64,000 bases of DNA from NCBI GenBank assembly GCA_010356995.1, contig ML996694.1:433224-497223 (forward strand), in the 5' to 3' direction. Below the pieces are notes generated by a model that saw only the letters and a list, made by a program, of their open reading frames with translations, did no database searches and was not told the DNA's origin. This document shows, piece after piece, positions 36,401-48,726 of this stretch (its first letter is position 1; every line of letters starts with the position of its first letter). Source of the DNA: Trichodelitschia bisporula (Eukaryota). Made by a program: the position numbers and the translations under genes.

Positions 36401-39400
36401 CGCAATGGCTGCGGCCAGATTGTCTTCAGCGAAGTTGACCTCACGAACATCCCGCTTGACGACATCTGCGGTAAGATTGCCGTTCTTGAAGTCCGCTCCG
36501 CCACAGTCTACGGCGAGGGTAGCCCGGTGCCGAAGCCGCCTGTCGGCAAGGGCCTCAATGTGCCGTCAACCATCACGCTGGACAACTCGTGGCCTCGTTC
36601 TAAAGCCGGCAGGCTCCCTGTACAGGAGAAGAAGGGTGCCCGTTTCGAGAAGCACATTGAGCGTCTCAAGCGCGTTCCGGACACTGAGTACGTCAACTAC
36701 GATACGTCCACGGGCCAGTGGACCTTCAAGGTCGAGCATTACACCACGTACGCTCTCGATTACGACGAGGACGAGAGCATGCTTTCCAACAGCATGTTGA
36801 GCCCTCCGCCGGATACCGCCACTCCGGTCAAGGCGACCCCCTCTGCCAATGCACAGACTTCTCCAGGTAGCCAAGGCGACATGTCGATGCCTAGCCCGCC
36901 GGATTCTAGCTTGGACGACACTTTCGAATTCAAGCGCCCGAAGGGCAAGTTTGTGCCCGGCCAGTTTGACGGAGAGTCGTACGACGCCGAGTACCAGGAG
37001 GATGCAGCTACACCGGAGTCTTTTTTAGATGAGCGCTCCGCGGGTTCGTCTGAGGCGGATGTGAACGAGGTGGACGTTACTTCCGACGAGGATGAATTGG
37101 TCATGGCTCAGGATCAGGAGATGGCAGGCTCCTTTCCGATGCCAGGCCGCACCGTGGAGCAGGAGAACGCTTCTGCCGTCCTCATCAATACCGGGTCCCC
37201 AACGAAACCTAAGTCGATCCTCAAGCCTACCGGTCTCCGCCCCTTCGGCACTCCGGTAAAGGCCGGCCAGATTGTTCTCGGGGCCGACTGGACCGAACAA
37301 CTTCTGCGCACTGCCAGTCCTAAGAAGCAGGATCGGAATGCGCTCCGGGCTGTCCAGGCGTCAGCGCTGAAGAACAGGGAGGACGACAGGAAGCCTTTGC
37401 CCACTCCTAAGGGACCTGCTTTCAACACGAGCATTGATCTCATGAATTCGCTGTTTGGAAACGCTGGGAAGGGTACGACGCTGCTGCCTACTAAGCAAGG
37501 CGCAAAGAAGGGCTTTGAGGTTTGTGTTTAACCCCCTTTGCTTCTTTCTTCATTCAGTGAATCGGCGTCATGGGCGTGTACTTAATTTGAGTATATGGGT
37601 CGGACATGGACTGTTCGGTCTGGCGTTGTATGTACACAATGGAATTTGATGGCTAAACTCTTCTTAGTTCCCTTATGCGAAGCGGGCGCGGACAAGCGTC
37701 GAAGTCCAAACTATGAACACTATGGAAAAGGAGTTTCACCACACGACGAAGCCCAGCTGGGGACCAGATGGAGCCCTTGTTCACATCTTTGGGAGTGACG
37801 CTCCCAAAATCACCAGGCTCTTCATGCCGCTTGATGTGAGTTGGATCAGAGCAAGTCGGGGCCCGCGCTAACGGTAAACAGTTGCTGGCGAAGCCTATCA
37901 TAGTGCAACAGAGGGTGACGGGAATTACCATCGTTGATGATGTTCCCAAGGCCCTCCCGCCTCGGAACTTCGACTTCAGCGAACTTGCCAACTCGGTCTC
38001 ATTGGATACCCCAGCTGGCGCATATGAGCACCAGATCTGGCAGCTTGCGAGTATCCTTTTCGACAACTTCGACGTTGAGTTTCCTGAGCACCTTACTGTC
38101 GCTCAATATACGGAATACGATGACCGCCTGCGCAAGGCTAAGCTCTCCGAGTTCTGGAAGAAGCTGGTCTGCGATGATGCTATCAAGCAAGTTAACCAGG
38201 CCAATTCGTCAGAAGAGATGGCTTTGATGTATCTCTCTGGTGGTATGGTTGTGAAGGCGTGCAAGGCGCTTGTTGATGGTCGCAACTTCCATCTGGCCAC
38301 TCTTGTAGCTCAGATCCCCGGTGACGACGTGTTCCGCTCTGCGATCCAATCTCAGCTGGTGAGCTGGGAGGAAAACAGCACTCTAACTGACATTAGCGAC
38401 CATACTCGCGCCATCTATGAGCTTCTTGCCGGCAACACCTACTGCAAGCCTCGGACGACTGGCGGAGCTCAGAGGGTGTCTTCGTTCAACCTCTCCTCCC
38501 GCTTCTGCATTGATTGGCGCCGGTCGTTCGGGCTTCGTCTTTGGTATGGCAGCAAGCCAGACGAAGATGTCAGTGCTGCAGTTGTGCGCATGGAACAGGA
38601 TACGCAAGCTGGAAATGAAGCAGTCAAGCCAATCCCGTGGTTCATGGAGCAGAACCCCAATCAGGCCTGGGACAGCGCCGCGCTCGCTTCGCGTGTGGAC
38701 CTGCTGTGGGGTCTCCTCAAGCTCTACAGCAACCATAACCTCGAGGATCCTGTGTCGGTGGAGTCTATCGCCACGACAGAGAACACTGCTAGCGACGCCT
38801 TGAACTCGCGCCTTGCATTCCAAGTCGCGACGCTTCTCAGCGCCCGTGGATTTGGTACACCCGACACAGAGGCGGCAATCGATCGTTTGGCAAACAGCTT
38901 CTCTGCCTCGCTCAGCACCATCACGCCTCCGGATGGCGAGGCCCTTCGTACTGCCACCTGGGTGTTGATGCACCTATCATCGGCCCCTATGCGCGCCACC
39001 CGCATCAAGGCGCTTCTCGAAACGCGCGCCGACATCCTCGATCCTCCCGCAGGTCCGTTGTTCGTATCGCTCACGGGTCAGCAAGCCACGAACGGTCTGC
39101 CGGACCTGGGTCTCCCTGCGAAGTGGCTCTTTGCGGCGAAGGCGATGCACGCCCGTGCGGTGCTGCGCGACCCCGTCGCTGAAGCGCGCTTCCTCCTCGA
39201 CGCGGGTGAGTGGGCGGCAGCACATGATGTTGTCTGCCACACCGTTGGTCCTGCGGCCGTCATTAGTGAAGATTTTGAACTGTTGCGGAGTGTGCTGCAA
39301 GGCCTGAAGAGCGGCCTTGACCTCTCTCCCGAAGGCGCAGATGCTTGGCACTCCGGCGCAGGGGTGTATATGGACTACGTCGACCTGAAGGACCTGCACG

Positions 39401-39772
39401 AGGGACGGCACGGACCGATGGAAGGGCGTGTTGCAACGGAAAGCAAACATGTCATTAACCAGTTGCTAAACGTTCTGGAACATGTTTCGGTGGAGGGCAA
39501 AGATCAGCTTGAGTGCGCCGCCCTCAAGCTTGTGGGCGAGTTTGTTGCGAAGCTGCTGCTCCGTGCTTCTGACACCAATGGGTTTGGACACGAAGCCTAC
39601 TCCGAGAAGGTTCGTCTTGCTTTTCCATCTGAATGCAGGGCGTTGCGCTAACGTGGTGCAGGCGGCAGACAAGGCTAGGCTATTGCGCATACCTTTGACC
39701 GAGGACTCGTACTTGAAGCACTCGCTTGAGTTAAGTGTTGATTACTATCGCGCAGTCATGGCCTCTGCCTAA
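33484..39772 (+). CDS. NUP98: Nucleoporin Nup98-Nup96 precursor (Nup145/Nup189/SonB type), ~1931 aa; exons 33484-33604, 33710-33805, 33948-37519, 37668-37835, 37882-39609, 39662-39772
   Basis: FG/GLFG-type repeats; GLEBS motif YQTISTMPNYQGFSLEELRIADY; autoprotease domain FTVGRNGCGQI...GKGLNVPSTITL...WTFKVEHY/TTY; Nup96 part with NFHLATLVAQ and DWRRSFGLRLWYG. Five introns give 5796 in-frame nt. Confidence 0.96.
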
Positions 39773-42296
39773 TTGATGGGGTCTTCATGTGGCATAGGGA
39801 AGAGGTGGGGGGACTGGTCATTTGTGCCAATAACGCTCGATGTTGCCTGCATTGTTTCCTTTTTCTCCCTCGACTACCCGTAATGATTTGCTTTGTGTAG
39901 CTTCAGCAGCAGCTTCGTGCTTGAATGGCGGCGTGTGGCATATTGAAGTTGATGGTTATGGGAACGCTGGAACAAAAGTTGATCTGTGTGAAGGCTGTGG
40001 GGGCATAGAGAAGAAGGGGGGAGGGGTGTAGGTCGGTTCGAACTAGTAATCGTTGTGATACCAGGTGCATGTACCGTGCAGCGGCGATGTTCACTTGGTC
40101 AACCCGTCTTTTCCTCAATGCATTTGATGCACGACTTTGCGAAAGCCTTTCCCGAACCGGATAGCTGTCAACCATTGCGAGGAGCTCAGCCGCACGTCAA
40201 GGCTTCGCAGCCCGCCAATAGTCGTCCATGAATGCCAATCGCCTCAATCCAGTCCAGCCGAATGCCTTCACACACGCACACACTCACAACCACCTTCACT
40301 TCAGCGCCGCTCGATGCAAGAGCCACATATCCACCCCAATTGAATGGAGCACCTCGCGAATCCTCGCATCCAATTCCGCATTGACGCGCTGTGCCCTCAT
40401 CCGAGAAACTTAAAAGCTTACCCCAGCACGTCCCAGTTCGCTCAGCTCGGAAAGAAATGCTTGGAGACATCCCCTGTGCGGTACAGTATACCGTACATGC
40501 TACAATGCAGTCGGCGATCCTCCCTCTCCACCATCTCGCAGTTCCGCACGTGCCTCGCCACCCAACCAACCCGCCAACCCCGATCCTCAGCCTTCGATCG
40601 AGATCCTGCACTCTTCGCCCCATCGCCACCCACCCACCTCACCACCGGCGCCATTCACCTCCTCCCACCGCGCGCCTCCACCTCATGAGCGTCTACGGTA
40701 CTTTGCATCCTTGCCACCAATGCGACAGACGCCCACGCCCAGATACCCCAACCCCCTCACGAAACTCTGGAAAAGGAAGCAACACCGTGCAACCCAACGC
40801 GATGTTCCCCTCCTGCCACTACCGCCGTAGGCCTCGCATGAACCTCCTCCGCCTCGAGCACTCTCGCTTCCCTCATCCCTGCCTCCCCCAACCCCCCTCC
40901 GTTCCCACTTCCAATCGCCAAGGGCGCACCCGCGCGGCTGACACTCGCCGGGCAGTCTACGCGCTGTGGCTGCACCTCGCAGCTATCGCTCCCCCCCCCC
41001 TCACTGCCCCTCCTCACCCACCATTCACCTTCCCGCTCACTGCACCTTCCCCCACCCCTCCCTCCCCCGCCGATGTACGAACCCCACCCCCCCCCGCGCC
41101 CACGTCCACGCTCGAGACAGTAATCGGCCCGTTTCCTGCTGCGCAACGCGCACGGTGCGCTCGCGGGTGCGCCCTGCACACGTCTACCGTACCTCGTAGC
41201 GGTGACGATGCTCACACGGCGTTTGGGCTCGAGGCGGGCGAGGAATTTCCGCTCCATTTGGCTTTCTGACCGGTGTTCATCCCGCTCCAGCACTTGACTC
41301 CACCGACAATGCAACTCTCGGATCAACCAGCCACCCGGAATACCCTTCCGTCTATCCCCGCTGCTAATCGCGAACACTCGACTCCCCACTCCCCCCCACC
41401 CCTCTTGCGCCTTCGTAGGCCAGTGCAACCTTCTCCCCCAATCGCTCAGTTCCGCCAACCCTCGGTGTACCACCACACCACCTCAGCCCAAGCGCTGTTC
41501 TCTCTTCCCTTACCTACTGTGCCCAAGGTAGTCGCGGTGGCAACGGGATTCCTGGAGCTTGGCCATGGCACGTCCCCGCTTGCGGAAAGGCCGCCGCGAT
41601 CGGCAATGCGGGTAAGGTTAGATTGCTGCCCCGTGCGGGCTCCGGGGCCCAGTCCGAGCCAATCACGCAAGGGGCCAGTGTGAGCGCGTGGTGGGGACGC
41701 GGGATTGGTGAGCGGGGGGGGGGGGCGATGGAGCGGTCGGTTTCTCGTGTCTTGAAGCGGGGTACATGTACTTTTCTAAATGGTGCGTGGCTTCCTACGC
41801 CGCCTTGAGTTTAACAAAACATATGGCTGTATGTACAGCTACCGACGTAGAGAGCTACATCTCTTAGTTCTACGGTACATGTCAGCCCCATGGGAACGCG
41901 GAGTCCAAGCCCCTGTCCCAGGCCGTGAGGGCTGGCCTCCTCGCAGCATACCCGTACGGTACCGGTAAGTACGTATGTCATGGATCAAAATTATTTTCGT
42001 TCGACTTATTCGACCCGGGCACCTTCCAACCTCGTTGCCGCATATGCAAGTCTGGGCTAATTAAACGTCTCGTCGTCATAGGGATTATCGTTACACTCCT
42101 ACTGCCCACTGCACTGGCTCATTTGAAAGACCCTAACCTTCGCTGAACGTCACTATCAGACCACTGATCGACCAACCAATACCTAGGACTGAACCTTTCG
42201 TACCCCAATACCAACCGCATATACCGCCCATAACCGACGCATTCATTTGCACATCGATGCCGTTTAGTGCTGAATATTTGCCTGAGGAATGCCAGT

Positions 42297-44084
42297 TCAA
42301 GCCGTCCTCTCGCCCCTCACATCCTCTCTCAATTTGTTCCGACCGCAGCATCCAAGAACCATGCTTACAACCGCCAATCGCCGAGACTCATTGTTCTTTT
42401 CGACTTCAGCCTTGCCCCGGTCATGCCGTTGAATGGGCTTCCGTGCCGCTGAGCCGCCACCCAGCACAGGCGGTGGGTTCGTCAACACTGGCCTTGCCAT
42501 CTCATGTTCACTCTCGACGCTCGCGAACCTGTACGGGCGAACGATACCCTCCGCCGCCGCAATCGGAAGCAGAATTGGCAAGGCCGCCGAACGCATCGTG
42601 TAGGCCATTCTTTGCTGACCCGTGTACTCTGAATTGTCACTACTGGTTCCGTTTCCAGCTGATGGACCAGAGATCCGGGCTCGCCCTCCAACAGCTTCAG
42701 AGCGGTATGAGGCCGAAGGCTTCGAAACGCCACGATAAAATGGTACCCGCGGCGCCGTTCTTCTACGGCTGGCTCTTCGAGTCTCGTGGGCAATCCTCAC
42801 GTTACTGATAGGCGTACTGTCGGTACCACTCAGTGGGCCATCCAGCATGTTTGACGATGTGGCTACTTCAACCTCTGCGTCTAGCCTTGTTATCGCACAT
42901 GCCTCATGCTGCGGATGTTCAGTATCTCTCCCTGGCGCCTCGGGAATAGGCTGAGGTTCGCAAGCAGTCTCCGATGAGCTGCCCTGCGATTGGTTGGATG
43001 CCATAGGCTGTGAGATTGGCGCATTGTGGAAGGGATGGTTCTTCATCCCATGGCGGTAAGTGTACCCACTTGGTGGGGGACGCCAGACGGTATTTGCAGT
43101 TCGAACAGTGGTCAGCTGGTGTTCAGTCCCTTGCTCCGAGGGCTCTGCCTGTGCGCCCCCTCGCAATAGGGACAATATAGGACGCAAGATAGACCTCCGT
43201 CTAGATCTCCTCTGCTGCTTTTCCTGCGCGTGCTGCTGCTGCACTCGTATGACCGGGATATCTCCTGGCCATCGCGAAGCCCCTGGTGGCGTTTTCGTAC
43301 GAACGAGAGGCGGATATTCAGGTGATAAAGGTCGACCGAATCCTTGCATGGGAGTGAGGTCTGCGCTCAAGAAGGAAGACTGGTTCGTCTCCGACGCACA
43401 CATACTTTCGTCGCCCGTAGTCTGCTTCCCTGGAGCCGGTGCATCCTCGTCCGCACTCCGCGATATGAGCTTTCGAGGCTGACCCAGCTGCCGCTTGGTC
43501 GAGTCAACAGGAGGAAAAAGCAGCATGTTCTTTGCTTTGGCTTTAGAAGAAGGCCCGCTGGTTGGAGGTGCAGGGGCACCAGCAGATGCAGATGCAGATG
43601 CAGATGCAGATGCAGGTGCAGGTGCAGGTGCAGGTGCAGGTGCAGCTCCAACTGGTTGCGCTTGGAGCGTTGCAGAGGAGCATCTTTCCACTATGGTGCT
43701 AAGAGGCGTACCGTTTGGGTTGTTGATGAAACGAACCGTGACGCTCGCAGGCTCAGCGGCATCATGTGCTCTCGGCTGCTGCGAGTTGTTTTCTGTATCT
43801 GCGCGCGTATTGCCACCGGACTTCACAGTCGCAGTGGGGCTAGCAGCCTGGGCTTTTCGTTTGGATGCTAAAGGGAGGCATGTATCCGCCTCAGAGGTTG
43901 TGAGATCAACTGTTGGAGTAGAGCAGGTAGTGGTGATTAGTGGCTGTTCGGGAGGAGATAACCCATCGGGTGGACGGAGCGGAGGAGGGATAATATCAAG
44001 AGTAGAAGATTCGCTTGAGTTGCTGCGGTCCGAAAGGGGGTGAGGCATACTGGATGCAGCAGGATGGGGGTTGTTTTGCCGCAT
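42297..44084 (-). CDS. Hypothetical Ser/Pro/Ala-rich, probably disordered protein (~595 aa from ATG 44084)
   Basis: Uninterrupted 1.8 kb ORF containing an in-frame hexamer repeat; no recognisable domain; ends LAVVSMVLGCCGRNK... Confidence 0.65.
   Translation of the reverse strand: MRQNNPHPAASSMPHPLSDRSNSSESSTLDIIPPPLRPPDGLSPPEQPLITTTCSTPTVDLTTSEADTCLPLASKRKAQAASPTATVKSGGNTRADTENNSQQPRAHDAAEPASVTVRFINNPNGTPLSTIVERCSSATLQAQPVGAAPAPAPAPAPASASASASASAGAPAPPTSGPSSKAKAKNMLLFPPVDSTKRQLGQPRKLISRSADEDAPAPGKQTTGDESMCASETNQSSFLSADLTPMQGFGRPLSPEYPPLVRTKTPPGASRWPGDIPVIRVQQQHAQEKQQRRSRRRSILRPILSLLRGGAQAEPSEQGTEHQLTTVRTANTVWRPPPSGYTYRHGMKNHPFHNAPISQPMASNQSQGSSSETACEPQPIPEAPGRDTEHPQHEACAITRLDAEVEVATSSNMLDGPLSGTDSTPISNVRIAHETRRASRRRTAPRVPFYRGVSKPSASYRSEAVGGRARISGPSAGNGTSSDNSEYTGQQRMAYTMRSAALPILLPIAAAEGIVRPYRFASVESEHEMARPVLTNPPPVLGGGSAARKPIQRHDRGKAEVEKNNESRRLAVVSMVLGCCGRNKLREDVRGERTA
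43582..43647. repeat. Compound hexanucleotide repeat (GCAGAT)5(GCAGGT)5GCAGCT, encoding an (AP)n(AS)n tract on the minus strand
   Basis: Read directly from the sequence; lies in frame in the 42297-44084 ORF. Confidence 0.95.
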
Positions 44085-47013
44085 GCAATCTGGCAACGGC
44101 AATGGGGATATCTGGTGGCTGGATAATGCGGGGTTGAAGACGAGTTTGAGGGTGTGCGTACGTGAGAGATGGGATGGAAGATGGGGGACGGACTGGGAGG
44201 ATGATGGCGTCTACAGCTGTGACCAGTGATGATGAGGGTGGGGAAGTTTAGGAAGTGAAGATTGAATGCTCTCTACATCGTACTTGCTTTCCCCCATCTG
44301 TCTCCAGTTATGCAGTCGCTCCTTCCTTACGAAGGGGAGTGAGGGGGTGCCTTCTGAACTTGTCCACGATGCTTTCATCATCATACGTTAAATGGGAAAA
44401 ATAGGGAAAGAGCAGCCTTGAACCCATGAAGGCTATCGTATAGTGAAGAAAGGGACGATCAGAGTTTGAATATCAGGCATTGTCATTTCTTTCCTCTTCT
44501 ATTTTCTTCCCCATCCCTCTTTCTCCCTATTTTGTGCTCTTCTCCTCTTCTTCCTTGACGGAGGTACATTACGAGTATTGCATCCAGCCATCTTTTCAGC
44601 AAGGCATGGCAGCAGCTAGAGTGCAGGGGAGACTAGAGCTCCAGATGTCTGTTCCTGACAGCCAGGCTGACAGGTTGTTCGGCGGATGACTACCGCGCCT
44701 TACTGTAGGAGTTGCTGGTAGCATACAAGCGCAGAGGGCAATACCTACTCGTAAGTACCGGTAGCGAGCCCTGCTGGAAAAGAAAATGCATGCCTCGGAA
44801 TTGTCCACTGCAGTACCCGTAGTCAACGGTAAGCATTCGGGTGTCCATGAAACTTGGCCATTGACTTCACTTTAACGCGGATGTTGGTGGAACGCAACGG
44901 GGAATACTCTACCGTAGTTCTAGGTGGCCAAAGAGGATCGGCGTTAACCTAGGCGCGCGGTCAGAATTGATCGGTGGTCCAGTTGCGGCTTTGAGGGAGG
45001 AAGCACAGGCTCTTTGACGCCATTTGGTCTTTCTTTTTCCCTTTCCCGTTTCTTTTTCGTGCGGCATTCCGAGCTCGGCATCCGGGTTGCTACCGCTATG
45101 ATGGTGGGATTTGCGTCGGCGGAGCCTTACCCGGTCTGTAACTCCAGCCTAGCGCGAGAACTAATCAACCACCACCACATCCTCGTGAGCTTCCTAATGA
45201 ATCAGCGCCCCCACAGTCGATCTCCCGATTTCGAAACTCAAATCAAGCGGGTTAGAAAGAGCATGCTGTCATCGAGGTGAGTTCGGACCTACTGCTGTCC
45301 CAAGTGCAACTTCTTTGCATCATTCCAGAAGATCTTGCTGCCCAGTGATGCACTTCACGCCTACCGTAATACTGCCATGTCGCTCATTTCTGCCGCTATG
45401 GCTTTCCGCAAACCTTTCAGTACTGCAGGAGAGTGATCGACCGTGTCAGGTTTCGATGGCTGCCTGTGTCGTCAGTGTAAGTGCTCTCTTTCACATCTCA
45501 TTGATCTGGTCCTATTGGTTTGCCCCATTTCTGGTGCATACAATTTTTGAGCACTGTGCAAGCACAGGGACGGACATGACCTTACGGTAGCGATAGAAAA
45601 TACTTCAGCCTAGATACATCCGTACACGTACCGTGCGTATTCTGTACTTCTCGTTCTTTTGGCTTGACTGCATGCGACCGCTGAAAGATCGACGATCGGG
45701 GTAGTGGTCCTTGCTTTACCTCAAGGCGTCAGGGCATTGAGGTTATCCCACCCACAAGCTCCCTCCTCTCCTCCGACTCCCACGCCTGAGTTGGCGCCCC
45801 CATTCGTCTTGCTGGCTACAGTTCAGTACATCCCCAACTGCCAGCACTTTGCGGCCCACACCTCAACCGCGTTCTGCGCGCCCTCGGCAGGAGGGCCTAC
45901 CGCTTGCCTTTTGGCTTTCCGGACCCTGCCTCGCATGGGTCCCGTGGACTTCTCACCCAAGGCAGGTTAGTTGACCATTGGGAGCGATGGTTGCGGCATG
46001 GTTTTCGTTGGCGGGAAGTACGCCCTCCCGTTATATTCGCCCACTCTGTCCAACGGTGTTATCCGTCTCGTCTACCGTACACATTGGCCTTTGTGATCTT
46101 GTTTGACCCGAGGCTTGCCCACTTCCGTCGTCGGTCTGATCTCCGAGGGTGCAGGATTCCACAGCAGTCAGCGCGCTCTTAGTACCGGGATCAGGACCAG
46201 AATTTAACCAATAGACAGTTCGGGATCGAGGTTAGGAAAAGTAGGCAAGATCTCACCAACCACACCCCTCGCCTATCGCGTTCTTAGCATCGCCAGCTGC
46301 CTCGCGTCCAGTCAAAGATGGTCCACCAGGGATACGGATTTTTGTTCGTGCTGCAGATTCCTGTACCGTGCTGAAAAGGTCGAGTTTCGGGGGTCTCTCG
46401 CGTCAAAGTGTGCCTTTCCGCAATTACCCACACTTCGTGGCGGCGATGTGGGTTGAGGAAGGAAAAGCGCCGCGCTGCGCTGCGCGACAAGACAATAGGG
46501 CACAGGTCGTGCAGGCTGCAGCAAAGAAAACACAGGGGGAACAAAGCCGACGAAGAAGCGTGTACGAAAATCCACCCTGAAGTAAGTCATTTGATTCGAC
46601 ATCTCAGACGTAAGTGGCTCCTTTCCTAATAATTCAGGCCGTAATGGGTGCAATTGGCTCCCACCCAGATAGGGTGTCACCCGTCTAGTTCTAATTAGCG
46701 AGGCTGTGCACTATCAATGGAGACACGACGACCCAGGCAGCCGGCATGGAGCAGCGGTAGCCTGTACATGGAAATTTTGGCAACCTCCAGAGAGAGGAAT
46801 CCCGTCGGTCTCCAGGAGGTAGTGGAGTCGGAGCTCTGGATCTCCAAAACAAGGATGCGCGCTGGATAATCGGCAAAGACATGTGGATGTGCGTGTGTTG
46901 GCTGTAGCCTCGTTCGAAGAAGGTGTTGGTCGAGGTAGAGGGGCACGGAAACTAGACTGTCCGGGTTGGTTAACTCCCTCTTGACGTCCAAGCTGCGCTC
47001 TCTCGCTGGTCCT

Positions 47014-47086
47014 NNNNNNNNNNNNNNNNNNNNNNNNNNNNNNNNNNNNNNNNNNNNNNNNNNNNNNNNNNNNNNNNNNNNNNNNN
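47014..47086. other. Assembly gap (73 N)
   Basis: Run of n characters. Confidence 1.
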
Positions 47087-48003
47087 CTTGCCGACCCGGC
47101 GGAGCCAGGGTCTACAATTCAGTATCTGCAATGCCATGTTGCCGCATTGTCACCGCACTTGTCCGGGAATGCTTTGCCCCGTTCATCATTTCCTCTTTGG
47201 CGACAGGAACTGTGGGCCCCAAAGAAAGTATCAAAAGTCGGCCATCAGAAAAAAAAGCCCTGTTCACTTGTGTCTATTAAGACCACGTTACTGGCGAGAA
47301 GCCCAAAAGGTCAGACCACTTGTGCCTTCAACGGATGCTTACAGCGTGCCACCCCAGCGCTTGGGAGTGTGTGCGGGCGATCGGGAGCGAATGCGCTCTC
47401 TGGTGGACGGCGTCCGATGGTTGAAGCCTCCGCGCGGCAATCCCAAAGTTCCTTTCCGCGCTCAGATCCTTTTGCGCTCTGTCCGGTTCGTGCCGTCTTT
47501 CCCTAAACCTGTCGGGAATATCTCCGAGTTGTCCGACGCAGGCTCCTCGTGGGGCGAAGGAAGAGAGAAACTGAAAAAGTAGATGTGGAAGGGGCCCAAC
47601 AGAGCGTGGGAAAAAGAAGCGCGGGTGCCTCCCAGGCGGCGTCCTTCGTCGTGCGACTTGCGGCCAGCGTGTTGCTAGCTCGTTCATTCGGCGAGACAGT
47701 TCATTGGCAGTGATGTGCGGATGCAGCTTGATCTCGAACTCGTCACATGACTGACGAACCTGTTGGCCCTCTTGTCTTTCTCTCCGACTGAAGAAAGAGT
47801 GGATGCCCGCGAGCTGACAGATTCTGTGTGTAGTTTGGTCTTCGCTCTCCGGCTGTGACTAGGCTGGGAAACTCCGTGGTGGTAGCACATCGTCGATCCG
47901 ATTTCCGACCGTCGTCGTTGTTCGCCCTCCGCCTTTCGGCTCTAGCCGCTCTCGTGCTTCGCTGTCCAGGTCGGCGACGCATCTCCCCCGCACCGTCGCC
48001 AGC

Positions 48004-48726
48004 ATGACCCCGCTACCGAAGCTGTCAGCGAGCAAGTCCAAATCAGAGTTTCTGAGATACCTTGGATTGCAAGAGCATGACGACGGTCACAAGAGGCTCT
48101 ATCAACAAATGATGGTAGGCAAATCGTCCATTTAAAATCTCGGGTTCTCAGGGACGGGTGTTGAGAAATGTTCCGTGGTAGGAAGAAGCAGCAGCCGGCA
48201 GGGCACGAACATGTCAGAATCCCGAAAACCTGACGCCGCAGAGTCGGGCCGATCCCTTGCTCACGCCGCCGTACTCCTCGAGCATGATCACCGAGACGGC
48301 TAGGCACCGGGAAGTTCAGAACATCTATGAGCATGCATCACCTGAGACTCGTGCCATCTACGAACGCGGCATGATGCAGGATGGAGCCAACTGGGACAAC
48401 TGGATAATCAGGTGGTGCCTGTGGCATGTCTTCCGATATCGTGATGACCGGAACCGGAACCGCGGTATCGCCTCCAAGCAGCGCCGCTCGCAGGGGGGCA
48501 GTGATGGTGGCAGTGGGTATGATCAGGATTCGGCTGGAGCTGGTGGTGAGTACTTTCCCCCTTTGCCGCTGCCGTTGGTGTGCGGTGCCAGCGGCATGTG
48601 AGCCTTGGACTGAGCAAGCATTCCAGTTCCGCACATCTTGGCCCGACTCTGATTGCTGATGTGTGCTTCGTAGGCCAGTATTCGTACTCAAGCGCTCCGT
48701 TCTATGATCCTGTCAGGGACTTGTGA
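48004..48726 (+). CDS. Small hypothetical protein, 175 aa; exons 48004-48114, 48182-48545, 48674-48726
   Basis: GTAGGC..TAG and GTGAGT..GCTGAT..TAG introns join MTPLPKLSASKSKSEFLRYLGL...LYQQMMEEAAAGR...NWIIRWCLWHVFRYRDDRNR...FYDPVRDL in frame (528 nt); composition looks like a folded helical protein. Confidence 0.8.

Noticed and set aside
40391..41683. 239-292 aa Pro- or Gly-rich ORFs in a C-skewed region
   Set aside because: Explained by C/G runs; my attempts to splice from ATGs near 41565 and 41767 hit stops. An orphan gene or lncRNA cannot be excluded.
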